DNA of 64,000 bases from an uncultured Roseivirgaceae bacterium (GTDB taxonomy: Bacteria > Bacteroidota > Bacteroidia > Cytophagales > Cyclobacteriaceae): the NCBI GenBank assembly GCA_964459925.1, contig CAYWOQ010000003.1:14304-78303 (forward strand), given 5' to 3'. The notes below the pieces were generated by a model, which ran no database searches, was not told the DNA's origin, and saw only the letters and a list, made by a program, of their open reading frames with translations. A program made the position numbers and the translations under genes. This document shows, one piece after another, positions 29,688 through 38,746 of this stretch. Numbering within the stretch: position 1 is the first letter of the stretch; the number at the start of each line of letters is the position of its first letter.

Positions 29688-31226
29688 TTATTCATAGGTG
29701 TTTTTTCTACCTCTATGGCCGTTAAGGCTTTTATCGATAACCTTCTTGTCGCGTTGAGTTCTCTTATTCTTTATTTCCCTCTTCTTCTGTTTTTTAATGA
29801 TAGAATATATCCCTTCTCTCTTTTTAGTCCTTACTTTCTTACCTAAGAATACGTTTGTGTCAAGTCCTTTCGCCTTCGGTTTTCTAGTCCTGTTGCTTAG
29901 ACCCCTACCATTTCCGGAATCTTCATTTCTATTCAAGACGAAATTTATACCGAAACGAAAATCAACAGCCTTTGCATCCGGTACAGAAAAATTTATAACC
30001 TGATCCGCTGCCATATAGAGCTCTACAGGACCTCCATTTACCGCAAGTGCAGCACCTGCATTGAAAAATTGTTGCGGCAATTTTGTCCCAGTAAGGGACG
30101 CAGTTAAAACATTCCCAAATCGGTGGGTCACACCTAATCCATAAATCATTTTTAATTCCCTTTGGATATACCTTGCTCCACCGGAAATATAAAAATCCGT
30201 GTTTTGACTGTAATGATAAATCCAACTTCCATAGGCTCTTGTAGGTAGCCAAGATCTATAAGCCTCAAAATTATCTCTAGGCTCAAACTTGTCTAAGAGT
30301 GAATCTTCTATAGTCTCTCTGATTGAGCCAAGATCATCTAATCTAACTCCATCGTAAGTGAATGTAGTGTCATTAAGTGTTTGATTGTCAATATCTTCTT
30401 TCCATCCAATAAAGCCAAAGTCTAAAATTGAACCAGTAATTGTGTAATACCTGTTTAGGTGGTAGGTGGCACCAATATCCAGTGCAGCTCCAAGATTCTT
30501 ATTCATCAGTAGATGTGTTCCTATATTGCCCACATCCCCTTCATAGATATTAAACCCTGATCTTCGAAGTGCAAAATTTTCCCATTCAGCGTCTAATTGA
30601 AATGCTTCTCCATTTGAATTCAAGGTTGATTTGAAGTTGTTTGGTGTACTTATATCAACAAAACCTATCAAAAATTTCCCTCTTAATCCAACTGTCAATT
30701 GCTCATTAACAGGAGCAGCATACCCTAAACCAAACTCTCTATAGTGGGTAGCTCTAAGTCCAGCTTTTGATACACCGATATCTTGATTGGTGAATTGTTC
30801 ATTCCCATTCCATACGAAATCCACTAATTGTTTGGAATACAAAACATCTGTCTCTATTCTTTCATTTGCATTAAAGCTGACTAGGGCTCCATTCTTAAGT
30901 TTGAAGCCTAAATGCAAGAGATTAATGTTTGCCTGTACCGCTGCAAAATTTTGATTTTGGAGGTTGGAGAGGATTTTATCAATATCTACAAGTGTGGTAC
31001 CTCCTTCGTTTGTAAAAGTCTCGTTGTAGCTTGTTTTGGTATTAACATTAAAATGTACACCAGACATGACTGGTAAACCGATGAAAGTTTTTCCTCGCGG
31101 AATAAGAGAAGGATTAAGCAGATTGTTTTGAAAAGTCGCATCTCCCAGATGCAAAAAGGAAACACTTGTTTGAGCAGTTAAGCCAAAACTGAGTAATAAT
31201 ATTATGGTGACTAGGGCATGTTTCAT
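29688..31226 (-). CDS. DUF5723-like outer-membrane beta-barrel protein with an 80-aa basic C-terminal tail
   Basis: Signal peptide; Q..LLNP hatch-like motif; HYREFGLGYA, GAALDIGATY, DFGFIGW motifs; barrel ends FGINF. Confidence 0.75.
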   Translation of the reverse strand: MKHALVTIILLLSFGLTAQTSVSFLHLGDATFQNNLLNPSLIPRGKTFIGLPVMSGVHFNVNTKTSYNETFTNEGGTTLVDIDKILSNLQNQNFAAVQANINLLHLGFKLKNGALVSFNANERIETDVLYSKQLVDFVWNGNEQFTNQDIGVSKAGLRATHYREFGLGYAAPVNEQLTVGLRGKFLIGFVDISTPNNFKSTLNSNGEAFQLDAEWENFALRRSGFNIYEGDVGNIGTHLLMNKNLGAALDIGATYHLNRYYTITGSILDFGFIGWKEDIDNQTLNDTTFTYDGVRLDDLGSIRETIEDSLLDKFEPRDNFEAYRSWLPTRAYGSWIYHYSQNTDFYISGGARYIQRELKMIYGLGVTHRFGNVLTASLTGTKLPQQFFNAGAALAVNGGPVELYMAADQVINFSVPDAKAVDFRFGINFVLNRNEDSGNGRGLSNRTRKPKAKGLDTNVFLGKKVRTKKREGIYSIIKKQKKREIKNKRTQRDKKVIDKSLNGHRGRKNTYE

Positions 31227-32836
31227 TAAATATCTATGATCACAGTACCTGCTACTCCCACTTTAATTTCTAGTTTATAATCTGCTAAAATTTTGACTAA
31301 AATATCACGGGAAGTCTGTGAAACTGGTGTGTTTAGGGTGACGATCATTTCTATTCTAGCTCCATTGCTGAGCGCATCTATTGCATCTTTTGGTAAAGGT
31401 ATATCGGCAGATGCCCCACTTGGGTCCGTAACTAACCCGTTTCTGTCAATAAACGGAGCGGAAAAAACCAAAACTTCTGGCACTGCATACAAGACTGCTT
31501 CTATACTATCCTGAATTTCCATGGAAAGGCTTCCAGAAAACGGTAATTCATTGATTGTCAGGATTCTTAAAGCTGCGGAATCAATATTATCCGTGTCCAA
31601 TCCTTCATTCAAGTCGTATCCAAATGATTGCTGATAATTTTCTAATCGAATTTCTAGTGGTATTTCAACCTCAATAAATGCCGATATTTCATTTCCCGGT
31701 TGAACAAAATTCGATTGCGTCTGATCGTAATAGTTAGAAATTGCATCAACATTGAACACCAGCCTGGTCGGGGAATTAGATAATAACTGCGATATCGTCG
31801 AGTTACTTCTATTGATTTCAATCACCGTATTTTTTATAGTACCTGGCTCATCTGCTGCAAGTACTTCAGGAAGCTGGTTAGGTAAGGTAATATCCCCTTC
31901 AAGGAAAATCCGGCTTCCACTTTCATCCTCACTAAAAATTCCTGAAAAATCGGTCGCTACTGGTACCCCAAAACTATTTTCGAAGTTGAAACGAAAGACT
32001 GGAGCGCCAAAAAAGAATCCCTCATCTCCAGAGTTTTCAAAAAAATCAATATTAATGGCTTCATTTCCTACTGCAACACTATCCTGTCCCAATTTCCCAT
32101 AGATTAAATGAAATGTTTGGTCTTGATAAATGAAATCAAAGCTTATGATTTCGTCTCCGGTAAATGTTTGTCCATTTTGCACATCTAGGTCACCATCAAA
32201 CGTTAAGGTGAAAATGTTATCATCCCCAAGTAATCTTGTATAGTATCCAGTAAGGTTTTGTGCTTGCGTGTCGGATCCCGCACCATTAATGGTTCCGTTA
32301 AAAACAACTGGCTCTCTTGTATTCTGATTTAGCGTATTTTGAAAAGTGATTTCATAGTTAAGCGTAGACTCTGCATTGGAATTTACAGTCAATACTAGCT
32401 CTCCCCCAGAGTAATATACTGAGTCTAATTCTTCTTCAATATCCTCATTTTCATAGGCAATTGAGAAATTCTCTGTAGGGATAATTAAGACCTGAGGACC
32501 TGCCACCGGATTCCCACCATTTACTCGAGTAATATCAAGTGTATCTCCACCATCTATATCTGTTATATCGACAAAATCATTTTGAGCATTATAGGTAATA
32601 GAGTCTGTATAATATAAGCTCAGAAATGATGTGCTATCCTCGACTAAACCATCAACACTATCACTTTGCTCTTCGATTAGTTCTCTAATGGTATAAGAGA
32701 TATCTCCCAGCGGAACTGCAAAGGTCCCTGCAATCGGCTGAACTTCGATATTGTCGAATTCAAGATCACCTGTATTGCAAGCAATCAATCCAAAGCCAAT
32801 CAAGACTTCTAACACATATTTTTTCACCTTTGACAA
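31226..32836 (-). CDS. Uncharacterised beta-rich lipoprotein, partner of the DUF5723-like barrel
   Basis: Lipobox LIAC followed by acidic NTGDLEFD; stop overlaps start of the barrel gene at 31226; start may be GTG at 32827. Confidence 0.75.
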   Translation of the reverse strand: MSKVKKYVLEVLIGFGLIACNTGDLEFDNIEVQPIAGTFAVPLGDISYTIRELIEEQSDSVDGLVEDSTSFLSLYYTDSITYNAQNDFVDITDIDGGDTLDITRVNGGNPVAGPQVLIIPTENFSIAYENEDIEEELDSVYYSGGELVLTVNSNAESTLNYEITFQNTLNQNTREPVVFNGTINGAGSDTQAQNLTGYYTRLLGDDNIFTLTFDGDLDVQNGQTFTGDEIISFDFIYQDQTFHLIYGKLGQDSVAVGNEAINIDFFENSGDEGFFFGAPVFRFNFENSFGVPVATDFSGIFSEDESGSRIFLEGDITLPNQLPEVLAADEPGTIKNTVIEINRSNSTISQLLSNSPTRLVFNVDAISNYYDQTQSNFVQPGNEISAFIEVEIPLEIRLENYQQSFGYDLNEGLDTDNIDSAALRILTINELPFSGSLSMEIQDSIEAVLYAVPEVLVFSAPFIDRNGLVTDPSGASADIPLPKDAIDALSNGARIEMIVTLNTPVSQTSRDILVKILADYKLEIKVGVAGTVIIDI

Positions 32837-32855
32837 ATCGTTCTAAAGTTAAATC

Positions 32856-33758
32856 TTATTGAATAATATTTTGATTTTTTCGATTAAAGCCTTCAATGCC
32901 TTGAAGTCCACCTGTATGCAATAGTACTATTCTAAGATTTTCTTCAAATTTATCCCTTTTAATCATATCCCAAACGCTAAAAAAGGACTTTCCAGTATAA
33001 ACAGGGTCCAATTGGATGTGAAAGGTTTCCTTAAAAAAATTGATAAAGTCAATAAGATCTTGGTTTGTCTTTCCATATCCACCAAAGTGATAGGTCAAAT
33101 TGAACTCATAATTCTTTTTTTTTAACCTGTACTTATCGAGTAAGTTTTCTACCTCCTTTATGATAAAATCACCTATAAGTGCGCTAATTCCGAGAGCTTT
33201 TTGTTGTAGTTCGAGAGCATCGATAAGCCCACATAGCGTCCCTCCAGTTCCAATGGGACATACAATCCAATCAAAGTCTATGTCGATTTCAGGAATAATT
33301 TCTTTACATCCCTTAATGGCTAATTCATTAGTCCCGCCTTCTGGAAGAAAGTAGGCATTTTTAAAATCCTGTAGATAATTTGAAGGATTCTTCCTTAATG
33401 TCCTGTAAAATTCACGATCGACAAAATCGAAAATCATTCCCTTGGTTTGAGCAAATTGTAATGTTGGATTATCACTTGGACCGAGTTCTTCCCCACGAAT
33501 TATACCTAAACTGCTAAACCCAAATGCGCTGGCTGCTGCAGCGGTAGCTGCGATGTGATTGCTATAGGCACCCCCCATGGTGATAAGTTGATCACAGCCT
33601 AATTTTTTGGCTTCTTCAAGATTGTATTTCAACTTTCTCCACTTATTGCCCATGATATCAGGATCGGTTAAATCATCTCGCTTTACATATAATTCAATCT
33701 TTTTTTGGGTGAGGAGTGGATGAGATAACTTTTGAAGTGGTGTCGGTACTTTAATCAT
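32856..33758 (-). CDS. D-cysteine desulfhydrase-like PLP enzyme (ACC deaminase family)
   Basis: KRDD...GNKWRKL, GGAYSNH, PEGG, LDPVYTGK, LHTGG; ATG at 33758. Confidence 0.88.
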   Translation of the reverse strand: MIKVPTPLQKLSHPLLTQKKIELYVKRDDLTDPDIMGNKWRKLKYNLEEAKKLGCDQLITMGGAYSNHIAATAAAASAFGFSSLGIIRGEELGPSDNPTLQFAQTKGMIFDFVDREFYRTLRKNPSNYLQDFKNAYFLPEGGTNELAIKGCKEIIPEIDIDFDWIVCPIGTGGTLCGLIDALELQQKALGISALIGDFIIKEVENLLDKYRLKKKNYEFNLTYHFGGYGKTNQDLIDFINFFKETFHIQLDPVYTGKSFFSVWDMIKRDKFEENLRIVLLHTGGLQGIEGFNRKNQNIIQ

Positions 33759-33762
33759 CACT

Positions 33763-33770
33763 TAAATTTA
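33763..33770. promoter_or_regulatory. Palindromic TAAATTTA, candidate shared -7 element of a bidirectional promoter
   Basis: Perfect palindrome 4 nt from the ATG at 33758 (minus) and 5 nt from the ATG at 33776 (plus); 7/8 match to TAnnTTTG on each strand. Confidence 0.45.
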
Positions 33771-33775
33771 CACTT

Positions 33776-34801
33776 ATGACAGACGATTCTTTGGAGCCTG
33801 AGGATGAGCTTTACGAACATCACCATTTACTAGTGGATGCTGGTCAAGATCTCCTACGAATAGATAAATTCTTAATGGATCGATTACCCAATGTCACAAG
33901 AACCAAGGTACAACAAGGCATCAAAGAAGGGTTCGTTAAAGTGAATGGCAATCAAGTAAAAGCAAATTACAAAGTTCATCCCATGGATGAAATATCCATT
34001 CTGTTCCCTGAGCCGCCAAGGGACGAGGAAGTCATTCCTGAGAATATTCCATTAGATATTATAATCGAAGATGATCACCTCCTCATCGTGAATAAACCAG
34101 CCGGAATGGTTGTTCACCCTGCCTATCAAAATTGGTCTGGCACGTTGGTTAATGCACTAACCTTTCATTTTCAAAACCTACCAGAAATGAAAGGAAATGA
34201 CGGTCGGCCCGGGCTTGTGCATCGCATTGATAAAAACACCTCTGGTTTGCTGGTTATTGCGAAAACAGAACAAGCAATGAATGGATTAGCTAAGCAATTT
34301 TTTGATCATTCCATTGAACGAACGTACTGTGCATTGGTTTGGGGAACTCCAGTGGATGAAAAGGGAACCATTAATGTAAATGTTGGTCGCAGTTTAAAAG
34401 ATAGGCGCATTACGACTGCATTTCCTAAAGGAGACTTTGGAAAACATGCGGTTACACATTACGAGGTGATTAAAGACCTGCGATATGTTTCGCTACTGCA
34501 GTGTAACCTTGAAACAGGAAGAACCCATCAGATTAGGGCCCATATGAAATATATTGGACATCCTTTATTTAATGATGAAACCTATGGAGGTCATGAAATT
34601 CTTAAGGGAACGGTATTCACGAAATACAAACAGTTTGTCCAGAACTGTTTTAAAATCATGCCACGACAGGCATTACATGCAAAAACTTTAGGGTTTATTC
34701 ATCCAATCACAAAAGAGAAGATTTATGTCGATTCCGACCTACCAGATGACTTTAAATCTGTGCTAGATAAATGGGAGAAATATATCGATCACACTGACTA
34801 G
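33776..34801 (+). CDS. rluD: RluA/RluD-family 23S rRNA pseudouridine synthase with S4 domain
   Basis: RIDKFL S4 domain, VNKPAGMVVHP, VHRIDKNTSG catalytic Asp, LETGRTHQIRAH. Confidence 0.9.
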   Translation: MTDDSLEPEDELYEHHHLLVDAGQDLLRIDKFLMDRLPNVTRTKVQQGIKEGFVKVNGNQVKANYKVHPMDEISILFPEPPRDEEVIPENIPLDIIIEDDHLLIVNKPAGMVVHPAYQNWSGTLVNALTFHFQNLPEMKGNDGRPGLVHRIDKNTSGLLVIAKTEQAMNGLAKQFFDHSIERTYCALVWGTPVDEKGTINVNVGRSLKDRRITTAFPKGDFGKHAVTHYEVIKDLRYVSLLQCNLETGRTHQIRAHMKYIGHPLFNDETYGGHEILKGTVFTKYKQFVQNCFKIMPRQALHAKTLGFIHPITKEKIYVDSDLPDDFKSVLDKWEKYIDHTD

Positions 34802-34807
34802 ATGGTA

Positions 34808-36403
34808 CTATATCTCCTTAGCAATCTTCTTCAATTCTTTTACTTGATTTTCTGTTCCGATATCATCAAATCCTTTCATTTCCAATGCAATATTTCTGTA
34901 TTCGGCATTCATTTTAAAATCCTCAATAATTTCGATGATATCCGGATGAATGTAATGAGACCTGGTCGCATCAATTAGTACACTTGCATTGTCGGGAATA
35001 TGTGCGACAGTGTCAATCATACTTGCTTTGCTAAGAAATGTAAGGTTTTCGGAAAGTTCCAAGTGAATTATATTCTCACCGTTTTCAGAAGTTGCTTTTA
35101 CCTCGTACGGCTTTTTGAAGTTGTTATACAACACCTGGAAAACACCTACAACCAACCCGAGGATAATTCCGATTAGTAAATCGGTAAAAATGATTCCAAC
35201 AAGTGTGATTAAAAATGGAAGATAAACATCTCTTCCTGCACTTAACATCTGCTTGAAGATAGATGGTTTTGCTAGTTTGTATCCCACCACTATTAATATG
35301 GCGGCAAGACATGATAGAGGTATAAGATTAAGGATTTTAGGAATAAAAATAACGCTGATTAATAGGAGTAATCCATGAACAATGGCAGATAATTTGGTTC
35401 TTCCTCCGGATTGAATATTAGCAGAACTACGAACAATCACTTGTGTAACTGGAAGCCCGCCAACTATACCTGAAACTGCATTACCAACTCCCTGAGCTAT
35501 CAATTCTTGGTTGGTTGGGGTTATTCTTTTTAACGGGTCTAATTTATCGGTGGCTTCTACACAAAGGAGTGTTTCCAATGAACCCACCACTGCAATGGTT
35601 GCTCCGATGATAAGAACATCTTTTCGAAAAATTGCTGAAAAATCAAATAGTGTAAATTGATTAAAGAACTCTGTCATCGATCCCGCTACAGGTAAGCTGA
35701 CCATGTGAGACGCATCTACATGAAGGCTTGTGCCAATAAAAGAGAGATTGACTAATATTCCGGCAATAACCGCCACCAGTGGTCCTTGAATGACCTGAAA
35801 TAATTTGATCCTTTTCATGAATCGCTGTTCCCATATGATCAAAATCAACATGGAAATGGAAAATATGATCAAGGCGCCTTCACTGATGAAGTTCAACATG
35901 TTATACAGTTCAGAGAACGTGTTCTCACCATCAGGTTGGAAAAATTCTAAGTCTCCTTCAGGGTCTGCATCGTATCCGAAGGCATGTGGTATTTGTTTTA
36001 AAATTATGATGATACCAATCGCTGATAGCATCCCTTTAATAACGGAAGACGGGAAATAGTACCCAACAATTCCAGCCCTGGCTATCCCTAAAAGAACCTG
36101 AATGATGCCACTCACAACCACTGCAGCCAGGAAGATTGGATAACTTTGCAGATCTTGAATGGCTCCTAGTACAATTACTGTTAGGCCAGCCGCTGGACCA
36201 CTTACTCCTACTTGAGACCCACTAATGAGTCCAACAATGACACCTCCTACTATACCCGATATGACTCCGGCAAAGAGTGGTGCACCAGAAGCAAGTGCAA
36301 TTCCCAGACATAGCGGAACAGCAACTAAAAAGACAACTAAAGACGCGGAAAGATCTGTTTTAAAATTTTTAGATATGCTTATATTATTGCTTCTATTTTC
36401 CAT
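34808..36403 (-). CDS. SulP/SLC26 anion transporter with STAS domain
   Basis: VAVPLCLGIALASG, VSGPAAG, ELIAQGVGN, VIVRSSAN, C-terminal STAS-like domain. Confidence 0.92.
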   Translation of the reverse strand: MENRSNNISISKNFKTDLSASLVVFLVAVPLCLGIALASGAPLFAGVISGIVGGVIVGLISGSQVGVSGPAAGLTVIVLGAIQDLQSYPIFLAAVVVSGIIQVLLGIARAGIVGYYFPSSVIKGMLSAIGIIIILKQIPHAFGYDADPEGDLEFFQPDGENTFSELYNMLNFISEGALIIFSISMLILIIWEQRFMKRIKLFQVIQGPLVAVIAGILVNLSFIGTSLHVDASHMVSLPVAGSMTEFFNQFTLFDFSAIFRKDVLIIGATIAVVGSLETLLCVEATDKLDPLKRITPTNQELIAQGVGNAVSGIVGGLPVTQVIVRSSANIQSGGRTKLSAIVHGLLLLISVIFIPKILNLIPLSCLAAILIVVGYKLAKPSIFKQMLSAGRDVYLPFLITLVGIIFTDLLIGIILGLVVGVFQVLYNNFKKPYEVKATSENGENIIHLELSENLTFLSKASMIDTVAHIPDNASVLIDATRSHYIHPDIIEIIEDFKMNAEYRNIALEMKGFDDIGTENQVKELKKIAKEI

Positions 36404-36430
36404 TGATTGATCTGACCAAGCGAGCAGTTT

Positions 36431-37951
36431 TTAATGCTGTGAAGTAAAACTAAGTAGTTCATCCAGATATTCCCTATTATTCGCCAATCGAGGTACTTTA
36501 TGCTGACCGCCTAATTTTCCTCTAGACTTCATCCAGTTATAAAATGACCGCTGTGGCACACTATGGATAATGGGTTCCGTCAAAGCAATATCCTTATATC
36601 TCTTCGCATCATAATCTGAATTGATCTTACGTAGTCTCTCATCTAAGAGTTTAGTGAATCTGTCCATGTCATTTGGTACCGCTGTAAACTCTATAATCCA
36701 TTCATGTCCACCTTTCCCTTCATCAAAGTATCTGGGTCCTGCTGTGAAGTTATCGATACTTGCTTCTGTTTTTATACAGGCCTCTGCAATGGCTTCCTCT
36801 GCATTGTCAATAATTAGCTCTTCACCGAAGGCATTAATAAAATGCTTCGTTCTTCCAGAAATCTTAATTCTATAAGGGTCTGTGCTGGTGAATTTTACGG
36901 TGTCTCCAATTTTATATCTCCAGAGTCCGGCATTCGTTGTAATAACGACAGCATAATTTTTTCCCACTTCTACTTGCTCTAAGCCGACTGTTTTGGGGTG
37001 ATCCATGTCAATCTCATCAAAAGGAATGAATTCATAGAATATGCCATAATCAAGCATCAATAACATCTCATTTCGATCCGTAAGATCCTGTATCCCAAAA
37101 AATCCCTCAGAAGCATTATAGGTTTCCATATAACGCATATTTTCATGGGGGATGAGTTTTTGGAAAAGATCTCGATAAGGAGTGAAGGAAACCGCCCCAT
37201 GAAAAAATACTTCAAGATTAGGCCAGACTTCTAAGATGTTTGTGGCCCCCTTGTATTCTAAAATTTTTTCCAAGAGAACAATCATCCACGTTGGCACGCC
37301 TGAAATATTTGTAACATTTTCTACAGAGGTCACTTCCACCATACGGTTGATTTTTTCCTCCCATTCATCCATCAATGCAATATCTAGGCTCGGTGTTCGA
37401 ACCATCTGTGCCCACCATGGTAGATTTTTTAGGAGTACTGCAGATACATCACCATAATAGGATTTCGAATTTTCATCAAATTGATTGAGTTGATGACTTC
37501 CTCCGATCACGAGTCCCTTCCCCGCAAACATCCGGGCGTCAGGGTGATTATTAAAATAGATCGACAATAGATCTTTACCCCCTTTATAATGACAATCTTC
37601 CAATGCTTCGTTGGAGACAGGAATGAATTTACTACGTGAATTCGTTGTTCCAGACGATTTAGCAAACCTCCGAATCTCTGACGGCCACAAAACATTCTGC
37701 TCTCCTTTCATCAACCTTTCGATGAAAGGAAATAAATCTTCATAAGAAACGATAGGAACTTTAGCCTGGAAATGATCAAAATTCTCTATCGTATCAAATC
37801 CAAACTTCTTGCCGTATTCAGTTTTCCGTGCTTTTCTAATGAGGTCTTCCAATAATTCATTCTGAACTTCAAATGGGTACTTCATAAAAAGCTCAATCTG
37901 ATGAATGCGCTTCTTCATGACCCAAGACAAAATGGAGTTCAAAATTTCCAT
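36431..37951 (-). CDS. GH3-family acyl-adenylate-forming enzyme
   Basis: AKSSGTT, YNASEGFFG, TNAGLWRYKIGD, KLGGQHKVPRL. Confidence 0.9.
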   Translation of the reverse strand: MEILNSILSWVMKKRIHQIELFMKYPFEVQNELLEDLIRKARKTEYGKKFGFDTIENFDHFQAKVPIVSYEDLFPFIERLMKGEQNVLWPSEIRRFAKSSGTTNSRSKFIPVSNEALEDCHYKGGKDLLSIYFNNHPDARMFAGKGLVIGGSHQLNQFDENSKSYYGDVSAVLLKNLPWWAQMVRTPSLDIALMDEWEEKINRMVEVTSVENVTNISGVPTWMIVLLEKILEYKGATNILEVWPNLEVFFHGAVSFTPYRDLFQKLIPHENMRYMETYNASEGFFGIQDLTDRNEMLLMLDYGIFYEFIPFDEIDMDHPKTVGLEQVEVGKNYAVVITTNAGLWRYKIGDTVKFTSTDPYRIKISGRTKHFINAFGEELIIDNAEEAIAEACIKTEASIDNFTAGPRYFDEGKGGHEWIIEFTAVPNDMDRFTKLLDERLRKINSDYDAKRYKDIALTEPIIHSVPQRSFYNWMKSRGKLGGQHKVPRLANNREYLDELLSFTSQH

Positions 37952-37999
37952 AGAATTAAATTAATAAAGATTCAGAAAATTCAGTGATTGGACGGGTTA

Positions 38000-38731
38000 T
38001 TAAATCTTTCTTTTGAGTTCAAAATGTTTTCCAAGGTATACTTTTCTTACCTGCTCATCGCTAGCCAACTCTTCAGCTGAGCCCGCCTTTAGTAATCTAC
38101 CTTCAAACATTAGGTACGCTCGATCGGTGATGGAAAGTGTTTCATTTACATTGTGGTCGGTGATGAGAATACCTATATTTTTATTTTTTAATTGCGCTAC
38201 AATCGTTTGAATTTCCTCCACTGCAATGGGATCAACCCCAGCAAACGGTTCATCCAATAACACAAACTTTGGATCAACCGCTAACACCCTCGCTATCTCT
38301 GTCCTTCTCCGCTCACCTCCGGACAATACTTGTCCATAATTCTTCCTTACGTGTGTAAGGCTGAATTCTTCCAGCAAACTCTCCATTTTCTTTTTCTGCT
38401 CCTTTTTTGGCATTTTGGTCATTTCTAAAACAGAAAGAATGTTATCCTCAACACTCAATTTTCTGAAAACAGAGGCTTCCTGAGCTAAATATCCAACACC
38501 TTTTTGAGCCCTTCGATACATCGGTAAATCTGTAATGTCTTCGTCATCCAGATAGATATTACCCTCATTTGGTTTGATCAAGCCCACAATCATGTAGAAA
38601 GAGGTGGTTTTCCCGGCACCATTCGGTCCTAATAAACCCACAATTTCCCCTTGGTTTACCTTGACAGATATATCATTAACTACTTTCCTTTTCTTGTACT
38701 TTTTTACAAGGTGTTCTGCGCAGAGTTCCAT
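38000..38731 (-). CDS. lptB: LPS export ABC ATPase
   Basis: [51 protein letters not shown]. Confidence 0.96.
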   Translation of the reverse strand: MELCAEHLVKKYKKRKVVNDISVKVNQGEIVGLLGPNGAGKTTSFYMIVGLIKPNEGNIYLDDEDITDLPMYRRAQKGVGYLAQEASVFRKLSVEDNILSVLEMTKMPKKEQKKKMESLLEEFSLTHVRKNYGQVLSGGERRRTEIARVLAVDPKFVLLDEPFAGVDPIAVEEIQTIVAQLKNKNIGILITDHNVNETLSITDRAYLMFEGRLLKAGSAEELASDEQVRKVYLGKHFELKRKI

Positions 38732-38746
38732 AAATCGAAGTGCAAG

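Noticed and set aside
32856-33758. ACC deaminase (acdS)
   Set aside because: The diagnostic Glu (DPVYEGK) and Leu (HLGG) are both Thr here (DPVYTGK, HTGG), pointing to the D-cysteine desulfhydrase branch.
34808-36403. SulP as part of a bicarbonate/carbonic anhydrase module
   Set aside because: No carbonic anhydrase gene is adjacent or fused; the substrate cannot be inferred from sequence.
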